This document shows positions 37,803 through 49,355 of a stretch of 64,000 nt of DNA, piece after piece. This stretch comes from Basidiobolus meristosporus CBS 931.73. Lineage: Eukaryota > Fungi > Basidiobolomycota. The notes under the pieces were generated by a model. The model saw only the letters and a list, made by a program, of their open reading frames with translations, had not been told where the DNA came from and searched no databases. The translations under genes were made by a program, and so were the position numbers. Position 1 is the first letter of the stretch, and every line of letters begins with the position of its first letter. Location: the NCBI GenBank assembly GCA_002104905.1, contig MCFE01000269.1, forward strand, positions 1-64,000. The letters run 5' to 3'.

Positions 37803-38330
37803 CACACTTGCCACCTTATACACACTGAGTTGGATGAGTTTGTGATACTTTCTGGTTCACATCAGCCTTCTTAATATGGCCCATGCAATGATAGCTCTGA
37901 AGAAGAAGGCTCACTGATGAACTGTGAGCCTATCTCCCGTAACAACAGTACCCTGCATGAAACCAGAAAGTCAAAATATGTGATGCAACAACAGCCATGG
38001 AAAAAGATGCAGAGAATATCTCATGGAGCCAAGTAACTCAGTAACCTATTTACTAGTCATTGATGTGCTGTATTAGCTAAAGAAATGGCATGTTTCCTAC
38101 TACATCAGTAATGCAGGCTTTGAGCATCTACTCCTGCTTCTTGCCAAGTTCATTCCACCTTGCAACTTACCATGAACATCATACAAATGGACAACTGTAA
38201 TGCAGTTAGCTACATATGACCAAGAGAGTGTCCTGATACTGTCATGTATTAATAGTTGTAAGGCATTTTCATCAGATTTGGCACAATTGCCATCTTAGAG
38301 ATATTGGCCCAAATACTTGTTAAGGTTTAC
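37803..38330 (+). mobile_element. CACTA-like transposase N-terminal region, copy 3
   Basis: Homologous to 20400-20920 (inverted). It reads NAGFEHLLLLLAKFIPPCNLP*TSYKWTTVMQLATYDQESVLILSCINSCKAFS. Confidence 0.8.
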
Positions 38331-38335
38331 CTATA

Positions 38336-38555
38336 GTGTTGAGCCAAAATATCAGGTATTTAGGAAGTGAGAAATCCCAGGGTTATCCAAAGACCCCAAA
38401 TTTACCATACATGCTCTTGGGATATACTGTACATTTCCATCTTGCCAAGACTATGTAAAGTATAACTACCCCTTACTTACTCATAAAATCATAAAGTGAC
38501 AACCATACAATCTACTTGTTCTCCCAATCACTTACAATATCTCCAAAACTTTTGA
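38336..38555 (+). repeat. Partial, heavily decayed Copia-B LTR
   Basis: Contains aaaatatcaggta, cttgccaagac, aaagtataact and aatctacttgttctcccaatcactt...atatctccaaaact, matching the LTR 3' half. Confidence 0.75.
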
Positions 38556-38957
38556 AACCAAATTTAGTGGCTTTATGTAGCAGCATTCAATGAAACCAGT
38601 CTACTTGGTATGCCAAACCAGTTACTTGAAAACCAGAATTTACCAAGAGCCTAAGACAAACCAAATGGGAGCCAGGGTACCTTGCATTGAGCCAGCAAGT
38701 CCAAAGTAACCTAGTGGTCACCATAACAATTGAATATGCATGGAAAATATGAAGGACCTCTCCAGTCTAGACCTACATCACAAAACATCCTAGTGACTTG
38801 TCTGATAAATTCAGCCACCAGTATGATTGGCTGTGTGTTTGGCGATTAGACAACATCAGACTGGGAATCAAGCATGCAATGATGAGACCGAAGCTTATTT
38901 CTACAACGCGGTGCACTCATTTAGGCAAAAATCTGCTTCTCTGTTGGGTGCTAAGGC

Positions 38958-40390
38958 ATGACACCCACTACAATAACCGCTGAATCTCAGACGAAAAAGC
39001 GCGCCTTCTCTGTGGAGATTGATTATCCTTCAAAACTGGCCCCACAAGCCAAAACTCCTCGACCTTCTACTCAACAAAGAAGACGTATTTTCCTCAACAA
39101 CCAAGCTTTACCACCTACCACTCTGATAACTACGGCCGACACTTACGAAAATGAGTGCTTTCATACCGCAGCTTCACCGTTCAGAAGCCGGCCAAAGTTT
39201 GCAAGCTACTGAGCGCAGCTCTTCTCTAGATTCTCAGTGCCGTTGGTTTCATTTTGTCAAACCTAGCTGTATACAAAGCAAGCCTTGCGGAAACCGACCA
39301 ACTCGCCTGTTTTCACGTTCAGCGAAACCGCCCCTAGGTGAGGACTTGAAAACGGAGTTAGCAACAGGTGTAGACGCAGGTGAAAACACGACATTGACAG
39401 CTTCGCCCTAGAGTAGGTGCAACAATGGGACGAAGTTGCTAATGGGAAAGGAATTAAGACGTTGAGCCAAATAGAACCAGCCTCTCTCCTTAGCAGGAAT
39501 GTATCCCCAGCAGTTGAGTTTCTACAAAAAAGTCGAACCGATGCCGCAGCGTCACTTGAGGAACGTACGTCGCATCAGTCCAACGAGGGCATTCCAACAC
39601 TCGGTTAGTCTCCCCCCCCATATACATTCCATTCGAGGTGTTGTTCATCATCCCTCTGACGCGGATGAGGAAAGCGAATTTGAGGGGTTCAATCCGTAAA
39701 TGAGCGCAATTAAGATGCGACTAAACATCACTCTGACTTATGTCTCTCCAAGATATCTGTTCACGGCCATGATCCCTCCCCTCCCTATCGGCCATTTGTC
39801 TGACCCAGAAAAACTCAGGACATTACCTTGGGTACGCATGGTTCCTGGCATCAAGTTACACAAGAATGCTAAAGTGTAGCTACGCCGATACACTCCTGAA
39901 CCTTATTGACCCCCAACGAGAATACATAAAGTAAGCGCATTTAATTACCCGCGTCTCGTTTGCTGACAGTGAACATGGGGCTCTGTAGACATCGCTTCTT
40001 TATGGACTCTTGCGTGTATGTTGAAGGGAATTATATCAAGGACTTGCGTATCCTAGGCCGTGACCACCGTTATGATAGGCAACTCGCCTATCGGTAAGCA
40101 TTGTCTTTGCATTTACGAGTGAGCTCTGACCCTCATTCAAGTCCCCCAGCATTTTCTTATCAAATCGCCAATGAAATTCCCATCAAGAGTTGGTATGATG
40201 ACCCTATAAGTACCAGCTCATCAAATGTCACCATCCGTTGAATAACATATTACTTTGCCAGGACGATAGCGAACTCCTAAAAATCTTGGAGTTTCTGCAA
40301 GCGCTTGTCGGGGCAGAGGATGTTCGTTTACTGATTCACGCGAGGTTCGGCATAACTAAGCTAGTTGAAGACTCGTTGCGACCTAGCTAG
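38958..40390 (+). pseudogene. CTD small phosphatase-like (CTDSPL2/FCP1-homology family) pseudogene, catalytic DxDxT region deleted
   Basis: Spliced pieces: EEFEGFNP|YLFTAMIPPLP (39670-39790), KV*..ADTLLNLIDPQREYIK (39870-39930), [25 protein letters not shown] then a frameshift to TVMIGNSP (39989-40092), PAFSYQIANEIPIKSWYDD, DDSELLKILEFLQALVGAEDVR..* (40261-40390). The DLDETLVH block is absent and the N-terminal frames are broken. Confidence 0.85.
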
Positions 40391-40557
40391 AAACCCTCCC
40401 CTCCATCCAATGATTCTTTTGGCCTGCAGCACAGCAGTAACAATGAAAATAAACACGTCTTTCAGCAGCACTCAGCTCAGACTCAGTATGATATTAACAC
40501 CAGTATAGCCTCGGATTAGGTTATTATAGACATGGCATGACAGTTTATTTCTCTCGA

Positions 40558-40763
40558 CTATTCCAGCATTGCTCGGGCATGTTTCTCTTGTTTCTATAGA
40601 ATTGGTCAACCAATGTTGTATCAATAGAGTAGGTAGGGATGACACGAACCTTTAACATATGCTGCTTGTGCTCCTCCTTCTTCTCCGCTTTGGACTTCGG
40701 TCTATGCTTGTCAGTCTTCATTTTTGGGTTTTCCTTGTCCTTGGAGGTCTGTTTGCGAGGCAT
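40558..40763 (-). CDS. Small Lys/Glu/His-rich protein, 49 aa, two exons (40763-40650, 40593-40558)
   Basis: TATATAA ~55 nt upstream; ATG at 40763; a 56-nt intron GTTCGT...TTGAC...TAG. The spliced product is MPRKQTSKDKENPKMKTDKHRPKSKAEKKEEHKQHMLKKQEKHARAMLE. Confidence 0.6.
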
Positions 40764-41158
40764 GGTTGGGTATTGTGTGTATAATTGAATGGCTGCTGGT
40801 GTTGGACGTCGGGTCTCTTATATACATTTCGACCTCGAGACTGTCATCTACATTTGTTCGAGGGAATTTTCAGCCACATAACGCAACCGATTGATCGAGC
40901 CGAACTTGGCCATCTTCGTACGATTCCACCTGAAGCTGGATAAATATAATTGTGACTGATGATTGGCATTCCATATGAGTGATTAACCATGACCAAGATG
41001 GACATGATAAGGTGCGTATGTGGGCCTGATTGAGAGCTAGACAAGTCACGGATACTATTTCGCACATGTTTAGCTTCCAGCTCTTACGTTGACATCTCAG
41101 TTAAGTAACAGGTTTATTGAATATTCGGTGAAAGCCGCATGGCAGCAAATGGCCCGAA

Positions 41159-42976
41159 TCAACTCAGGTCCGCCAGATACAGGTGGTTCTCCGTCAAAAC
41201 GAACAGGCCGGATTTACCGGACATCTGGATACCCAGTATGTCCTCGTGATTCCCAAGATCTATAATGCTCTGTTCGGAATATTTCGCGCCAACTTCCAGG
41301 CCCCTCCGATACAAGTAGACGTTCTTCTTGGACTCCGCGATGATGGCGAAACGGCAGTCCGTATCGAAATACATGAATCGTTTATTCCGTTTGGACGCTT
41401 GGACAAAGCCAAGTGCATCAAACGAGGCACAGTGCTCGATCTGGAAATGGCCTGATTCACTAGGGGCGTGGAACCGGTAGACCAGGCCATCGACATCGTA
41501 TCGCAGACACACAGGGAGCATGGCGTTCGCATCGTTTTGGAAGGGGAAGGAGGAGCACAACCACTCATGGCCAGCAGCAACCGAGATGTGGCTGATTTTC
41601 CCGTAGAGGTTGACTCTAGAGAAAGTGATTGCCAGGCCTTCGTAGTCGATCGCCTCTGTTTCATTGCCTATAGGCTGTTGTATAGGGTATTGGGCTTTCT
41701 CTTGGGAAGTGTATTTCTCCAGCCGCTCCTTGATTTCGGCGAATTCGTTGGGATCTAGGGTTTCGGCAACCCCGTCGTCCACCTCGAACACATGACTCCA
41801 TCTTGTTTTTTGATTCCCCTTTTGTAGATGAAGGGTCAACAAATGGTTGTCCTCAATGGTCCACAGGGACTCGTAAGGAACAATATGATCGAAGAAGCGA
41901 GCGTTTTCGTAACTTGGTGTTGACGAGGAAAGTACTTTCAGGGAGAGCGCCTCTTTCTGGATGCTACACAGTATCTCGTTTTTACTGGTTGGAAGTGGAA
42001 GTTTAAAACAAACTGTCACATCTTCGGAGGTTTGTGTCCAGATATAATGGTGGTCGCTCTGCTGACCACTGCTCCCAGCCGAGCCATCCTCTGGAACAAC
42101 CTGGTTTTCTCGGTCACTTTGAGAGAAAATCAGCTCATACGAAGTACGCCCACCTAACACGTATCCAGTACCTTTGGGCTCTATAGAGCAATACAATGGA
42201 ATCTCGGAGGCTTTAAGTGTATGCAAGAGCTGGATGGTAAGTGGTGCGCCGATTGAACCACTGTGAGAGTGTGCGATTTTTATGAAGTCGATGAGTTGCG
42301 CAGCTCGGTGAGTCACTCCACCTGGCTCCTGACTACTGAGTACGCAATAGATATACTCCTCTACAAGCTTCGCATCAAGTATTAATGAAGGGTGGAGTTT
42401 GGTGTCACCGTCGCTTCCTATTCTGTAAGAGGCCTCGCCAACAAGATTAAGCACCTTGGAGGCAAGATCAAAGCGAACAAGATGTAAAGTGCCAGTTCCA
42501 TTGGTTAACAAAAGTAATTCCCTGCTTAGAGCATGCAAGGAAGGTAGATTCGTGTGTGACTCCTCAGTGTCCTCCGAGAGATCGAGCTTAAATCCACCAA
42601 GAAGTATAGGCAAGCCTTGAGATCCATTCTAATAAATATAGTTCAGCAATATACGCGATACGCGAGAAGGAAGACGAAATGTAAGTACCTGCTGGAATTC
42701 AATGAATACTATTCCGCCCTGTTCGTCAATGTAGAACAAGCCAAATCCTAAAAAGGGGAACAAATGGTTGAAGGTTGATCGCACCTGCAACTGGGAATAC
42801 GATATGTTCGTGCTTCTTGCCAACTTTTGTGTATATACTGGATTGGACAGAGAGCAGGACTTCAATCTCTCTTCTTCTTGAAAAACGCTTAGCTTGTAAC
42901 CCTCGAAGCCGGGATTCAGTAGCTCTCGTCGAGGCCAGAGTTCGACTGGCAACGTGACTTGCGAAGAAATGGACAT
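41159..42976 (-). CDS. NUDCD1: NudC domain-containing protein 1 (exons 42976-42689, 42628-41159)
   Basis: N-terminal LLNPGFEGYKLS; CS domain YIWTQTSEDVTVCFKLP...LTLHLQK...WSHV; C-terminal DVDGLV and FDALGFVQASKRNKRF; an in-frame 60-nt GT-AG intron. Confidence 0.88.
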
Positions 42977-44091
42977 TCTCGTAAACAAAGTTGGCCAAGT
43001 GCGTTTGTGTCATACAAACATTCCTTTGGATATATTATAAACAATCAGGAATTGTTTCGATTAATTCGTGCATAACCAACAGGATTGTTGACTAACGAAT
43101 CACATGACATGCCACAGATAATCTAGGTCATTTTGGTGGAATATTTGTTTGTGCCTGAAGCCTTGGAGTGTCAAGAAAATTTGCATGCATTGCTAGACCA
43201 TCACTAACAAATAAATCATTTACCATATTATTGGTGGATAATCCATAAGAGCGTTATATCCATCTCAAGAACGTCTTGTGTACAGAACTTACCGTAGCAC
43301 AAACACCTGCTGAGAAAGCGAAGAATGCCCTTATCTTGTTTGACTATATTCAACCTCCAACTATTCTAACCGGCTGTACAAGAGTCCAATTCATTGAGCA
43401 GCAACTAACCAAATACGCAGGCCAGAGTATCCGAACTGTATCTATAATCGAACCATCGCGCGATTGTTGATAAGTGGACTTCTAAGTTGCTCACATGATT
43501 CGTAAAATCATTACTCTAGAATAGGATAGAGTCAATCCATCACGACAGCCACTGGGAACCTTAAATTGGGGACATTTCCATAAATGAGCTAATCAGAGTT
43601 CTTGATGCTGTTTGACTACGGCTGCCATATATGGGCATCAGTATAATTCTTCACATTACTAATTCACGGAAGAGAGGGAGAGGACATGAAAGCGGCACAC
43701 TCCAAGAGATTGCGTGTTTCCTTCAAGATGCATACTATCCTAGTGTAACGACGTCTTTCGCACCACAGAATATTACCCCAGGGGAAGCTTATTTCACGCA
43801 CTCTGATGAATATGGCGTGATATGATGTTCGTATTTGGGAAATGACTTGAAATTGATAAATGTGCTTGCGAATTTTCGGGGGCTTTTATTGGTGAATGCG
43901 GCGGATATACATGGCAGGTGGAACTGATACGCTGTGATCTTGGCTCTGGTGGTCATACGTTTTTGGAAATTTCATTAGATTTAGTCCGTGATTTGTTTAG
44001 TTGGTCCGAAGAAAATTTCCACCGACTCTATAAAACGCATTTCTCGCGCCAACGTAGATTCACACAACCTGTCCCATACACTCTCTCCCCC

Positions 44092-45589
44092 ATGACAGAC
44101 AAAGCCTCTGCCAACGACTTCGAGCATCAATACAATATCGCCAAAAAGGGTGATGAGTTGGGAGAGGTGACCATCCAAGGCACAAGAACCGCCTCCAGCA
44201 CCTCTGCATACTGGCATCTGCTTTGTATTTTGGCTGGTAGTGGATCAGTATCCTTTAGCATTTGAGCCAGTTGATTACTTGAAACCGATGTGTATCTTGC
44301 TCTACTATCCTTAATTCCAATTCTATAGTTATCATTGCCATATGTCTTGGGAACCACTGGTTGGATCGGTGTCATAATCATCGTCCTCTGCACCCTCTTC
44401 GCCATCTATAACAACATCCTGCTCGTGAGATGCCTCTATGCTAACCCGTAAGTAGAGCAGTATCTGACCATCCATAGACGACTCGTGCTGATGTATTGCT
44501 TAGTGAGAAGCGCATGAATACCTATACCGATATTGGACAAGCCTCCTTTGGCATTGTTGGCAAAGTGGCAGTATGGTTCTTCCACAACTCCATCGTCATC
44601 GGTGGCCCTATTGTATATATGATCTTGGCTGGAGGAAATATCCAACAGCTTGTGTCGCAGCTTGGGGTGACGCTCAAGAAGGAGTATTGGATTATGATCT
44701 GTGCTGCAACTGTGTTCGTCCCATTCGTCACCTTCAAGAACATCCGCGAAGTTACCGTTCTCTCCTTTTTCGGAACCTTCACCACCGTCTTTGCCATCAT
44801 TGTCGTGGTCGTCGTCAGTTTCGTTGGCACTAACCACCCCGTACCTGAAACCGAGCCTACCCATACATTTGTTAGCTGGAGCCATGTCCCGCTTGCTCTC
44901 GGATCCATTGGGTTTTCTTTCGGTGGAAACGTCGTCTTTCCCCACGTTGAAGCTACCATGAAAAACCCCAAGGCCTGGAACAAAGTGATGTCTTTGTCGA
45001 TCGGCTCGGTGTCTATCCTCTACCTCTTGATTGCTATCTGTGGCTACTATGTCTTCGGTTCCAGCGTCAAGGCACCAATCTTCGAGAGTCTTTCTACCAA
45101 GGACCCAGCCACCATTGCAGCAATGATCTTGATCACCCTTCACGTGCTTCTGGCTTCCCCTATCTTCTTGTTCGGTTTCGTCAACGAGTTGGAACATAGC
45201 TTCAACATCAACCAAGAGCGCTTCTCCAAGATCACGTATTACTCTATCCGTACCGTGATCCGTACTGCCACGATTTTCTTCGTTGGGTTGATTGCGGTGG
45301 TTGTACCCTTCTTTGGTAACGTAATGTCTCTGATCGGGGCGCTTTCAGAGTGTATGACAGTTTTCGTAAGTGTAACTTCATTTCCATCAAATCCGAACCG
45401 ATTTAGTAACTCGATCATCCTTAGGTTCTACCTGTTGTCTGCTATGTCAAACTCTTCGGATGGAGAAGATGCAATGTCGTACAACTGATCTGGTTTGCCA
45501 TCACCATCGCCGTCGGTCTAGTAGGTTGTGTCTGGGGATCCATTGATGCTATCATTGCACTCAAGAACGATTTCCAAGGCAAAAATTAA
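44092..45589 (+). CDS. Amino acid/auxin permease (AAAP, Aa_trans) family transporter, 4 exons
   Basis: Exons 44092-44247, 44329-44447, 44504-45365 and 45425-45589 join in frame. Motifs AYWHLLCILAGSGSLSLPY, TYTDIGQASFG, IGFSFGGNVVFPHVEATMKNP, VPFFGNVMSLIGA; multiple TM segments. Confidence 0.92.
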
Positions 45590-45947
45590 TGTACATTAGT
45601 ATGCACGAGTTTTCTTTTCAAGGACAATATTTAGAGTTTTTTTAGTTAAACGGACATTTTTTTTATTTGTTTAATTTTCCCATGGACAATCACGGACAAT
45701 CTTCACACTTTCTTCATCTCTAGTAACCTGTTTGATACCAAATAAATCCACCCTCCCGAATACCACTTAATTTCGGAACGGTACTCATTTCCACTGCACG
45801 TGATCTCAACTCTAGATTTCACTTCATGGCTGTAGTTACGCGCATATCATATAGATAACATGTCAGATTCTTTTTTTCTCGGCAGTTTTTTGATATCTGA
45901 GTGATCCGTGGAATGTAGCTGTGTTTGAGACTTCAAGCGCCACCGAA

Positions 45948-48900
45948 ATGAAAGTAGTCGCCTTAGTGAGGTAGCTCTTTGGAAACAGTAGAAGCAATGT
46001 CGCCTCGAAAATAACCCCGGTTTTGTTTCAAATAAACGTTCAAGCGGTGGAAAGGACAGTTGCTTCAATATGATGCAGTGCGTTGCCAACGGTCACGAAA
46101 TCGTGGCGTTGGCAAACCTAAGACCTCCACCAGAATCTGGAAAAGGTACTCGATTGGTTTTTTAAGATAGAACATCTACGTACATGTATATCCGTACTTA
46201 TTCCCTCTAAGATGAGCTCGATAGTTTCATGTTTCAGACCGTAGGTCATGATATTATAGATTTCTATTCAGAGTGTATGCAACTCCCACTGTATCGACAC
46301 TCCATTACCGGTTCCTCGGTTCTACAGACAATGGACTACACCGTGACTTTAAATGATGAAACCGAGGATCTCCTAGCTTTGTTGAGTGAAGTCAAGGTGG
46401 ATATATGGGTCTGGTTTTTTTTCTGAAGGCTTGGTTGCTAACATCAAGCGAGTTACTTAGTCCAAACATCCTGAAGTTGAAGGGGTTTCTGTCGGTGCCA
46501 TTCTGTCGAACTATCAAAGGATTCGTGTGGAGCACGTGTAAATCCCTTTTAGCTTGCATGTACTTGTCGTATTAGTTTTTCAACTTTTATTCAGTTGCTC
46601 TAGACTTGGCCTAACCTCCCTGGCTTATTTATGGAGACAAGATCAGCATGCTCTTCTTGAAGCTATGATTAGGGCAAATGTTAATGCTGTCTTGATCAAA
46701 GTGGCGGCAATCGGTAAGCTTGTTCGGAGCTCTCACCATTGGTACCACAGCTCAGTAATTTCAAAATTTCAAGGGTTGAAGCCTACCCATCTCGGAAAAT
46801 CCATCGGCCAACTCTACGATTATTTGAATAAGATGGTATGAGCGCTCTGTACAAACCACCATGGCTCACGCAAGCATTCAACAAGTGTACGTGACATAGA
46901 ACAACTTGTATGACCTCCATGTCTGTGGCGAGGGAGGTGAATACGAAACATTTACCTTGGATTGTCCATTGTTCAAAAAACGAATTGTGCTGTAAGCTAG
47001 CTCTCTTTTCAAGGACATTAGAGAACACCTCTAAATATTCACCGATATAGGGATGAAGTCGAAACGATTATTCATTCTGATGATGCATTTGCTACTGTTG
47101 CGTATCTTCGAGTCAAGAAAGCACATGTGGAAGACAAGGACGAGGAGGAAATATATACTCCAACGGAAAAAATTGTTTCCAGTATTGTTCATGGGGAAGA
47201 CGAAGATTTGTTGATGAGTCTCCAATCACTGGTATGGAGTTTCCCTCCACTCTAGTGTTTCTCTTTAAACTCACATAGCCCGGGTAGAGTGCACCCTCGT
47301 ACAAAGACTCGCCTAAAGTGCGCTTTGAGAGCGGCTCCGAATCAGCGGACAACCATATTTCAAGTAAGCGCTACCCGTATTTACGGTTACATTTTCAATT
47401 TTTAAACAGCGCAATACACATAACGACAGGCTCCGAAAACCCACCTTTCTATGCTTTCGGTAATTCAAATGCATATCGTCAATCAATTCAATCGAACCCT
47501 CCAAGTACAATCGAAGAAGAGACGGAATTGTGTATGAAGGATATTCAAGGTACAATTCCGCATGTATATAGATGTCAAAAGACAGCCCTAATCATCCCAA
47601 TAGAGCAACTTGTGTCGAGAAAGTTAAGCTTGGGCGATATCGCGACTGTGAATGTTTATGTTGATGACATGGCAAGTTTTGCGCAAGTGAATCAAGCATA
47701 CAAGAGATACTTTGGAATCAATCCTCCATCGAGGTATGGTGTTTAAACTAGAGACGAGACTTGCATTACCATAACTAATCAAACCATTGCACATTCACCA
47801 TAGAGCCTGCGTTCAATTGAATCTCCCTTCTCCTCATCGTGTTCAAATCGATTGCATTGCTGCAAAAAGAATGTGCACGGCTGGGGAGGCTCAGGCAGCT
47901 CAAGTTGAAAGAGATACTCTGCACGTCCAAGGGCTTTCTTATTGGGCCCCGGCCAATATTGGCCCATATTCTCAGGCAGTGGTTGTGCGTATCACCCTTT
48001 TCATCAAGCCTGCTCGAGTCACCAAACTAACTCGAACCTTTATTCACCTGCAATAGGTCCAGAACCAGATATATGTTGCAGGGCAGATCGGTCTAATTCC
48101 CTCGTCCTTGTCACTGCCTGGCGGATCAGATGACAGCGAAAGTTTCTTCACTGAAGCAGTTCTTTCCTTGAGACACATCAGTCAAATCGCCGAGATATTC
48201 GCATGTAACATAGAGAAACGAGCGGCCCTTTGTATCTGCTATGTATCCGAAAAGCGTTGGCTGCCTTTGTGTCAGCAGATCTGGGAGTCTAGGTTAAAGG
48301 TAAAGACATACAGCCGGTGGTCACACCTGCTCCAGAGGATTTATTCACATTCGGTATTTGTCGATAGTTGAAGGAAGACTGTGTGTTGCCGCCTTTCTGT
48401 GCTGTTGTTGTGCCCGCATTACCACGTAGCGCAAAGATAGAATGGCAAACCATACTGTTCAACGGAGTTCCCAAGATTTGTGACCCAGATTCTGACTCCG
48501 ATTCCGAGTCGGGCACCCATTATGTGGAACACAATGCCTGCCCAATTCTTTCGGAAAGTATGTCACCAGCTATGCCCAGTTCAAGAACCAACACTAAATG
48601 ACCATTGCCACAGGGGAAATTACTAACGAATACAAGGAGACTGGTTTAATGTGTAGGGTCAAGGCAAGGCAGTGGACCTTTATGAATTTGTGTACCGCTG
48701 TGGCCACTCTTCATCTGGCTTCAGGTAACGAGAGCATTTGTGATTTCCCCTGATCACCTTCTGATATGGCTCCAACACGATAGAAGCCGAGGAGATCGCA
48801 CTATCAAGCCCCGACCGACTGATTCAGCAACTTATGCAAGAAATCTATGTTCCTATTGATCGATTTGAGAAGATCGGCTGGAAGGCGGTGCTTCAGCTAC

Positions 48901-49126
48901 GCATTTTCCATTTGGATTGTATGTCTGGAGAGAGTCTACGAACAGGTAACGTGCAAACTGGAGTCTCTATAGGTGTCTTCATCACCGCTAATATCGTTGG
49001 ATAGCTATGGCCCGGTATCTAACGGCGAAACATGTCGAGGAATTGCCGGTGATCCACCTTATCCCAGTCGCCGCACTCCCCGATGGTGGGTACATATCGG
49101 TGTGCGTGCAAGCCACCGTAGAATAA
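45948..49126 (+). CDS. DPH6: Diphthine--ammonia ligase with C-terminal RidA/YjgF-like domains, multi-exon
   Basis: [101 protein letters not shown]. The last exon is inferred to end [22 protein letters not shown] at 49126. Confidence 0.92.
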
Positions 49127-49355
49127 ACACCGCAGTTTGGAAAGATCGCACATGTAGGAGGGATTTATTGGCCAGAAAAATACAGACAGTCTATGAAGGG
49201 AAACTCGAGTTATACTAGATTACATTTAAGTACATGATTAGGTGGTTGCTCCAGACTTGTGGATCAAGAGTTTGTTGGGTTGGTTCCAGGGAGAGAAAGA
49301 AATCGTTAACAAGAAGGATTTCATATTGGGGGAAGTGAGATAAATGCAAATCTGG

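Noticed and set aside
1-38800. Repeat-induced point mutation (RIP) as the cause of TE decay
   Set aside because: By eye the signature is CG loss with abundant CA/TG. CA and CAG are not depleted and the DNA is not extremely AT/TpA-rich, which fits 5mCpG deamination better. A formal dinucleotide index was not computed.
44436-45215. 259-aa minus-strand ORF
   Set aside because: Antisense shadow of the permease exon 3, arising from codon bias. The same applies to 56104-56523, 55675-56073, 49363-49731, 41260-41664 and 58589-59092.
48973-49218. 81-aa ORF as the DPH6 last exon or a separate gene
   Set aside because: A branch point (CTAAT) and acceptor at ~49003 favour a different frame ending VQATVE* at 49126.
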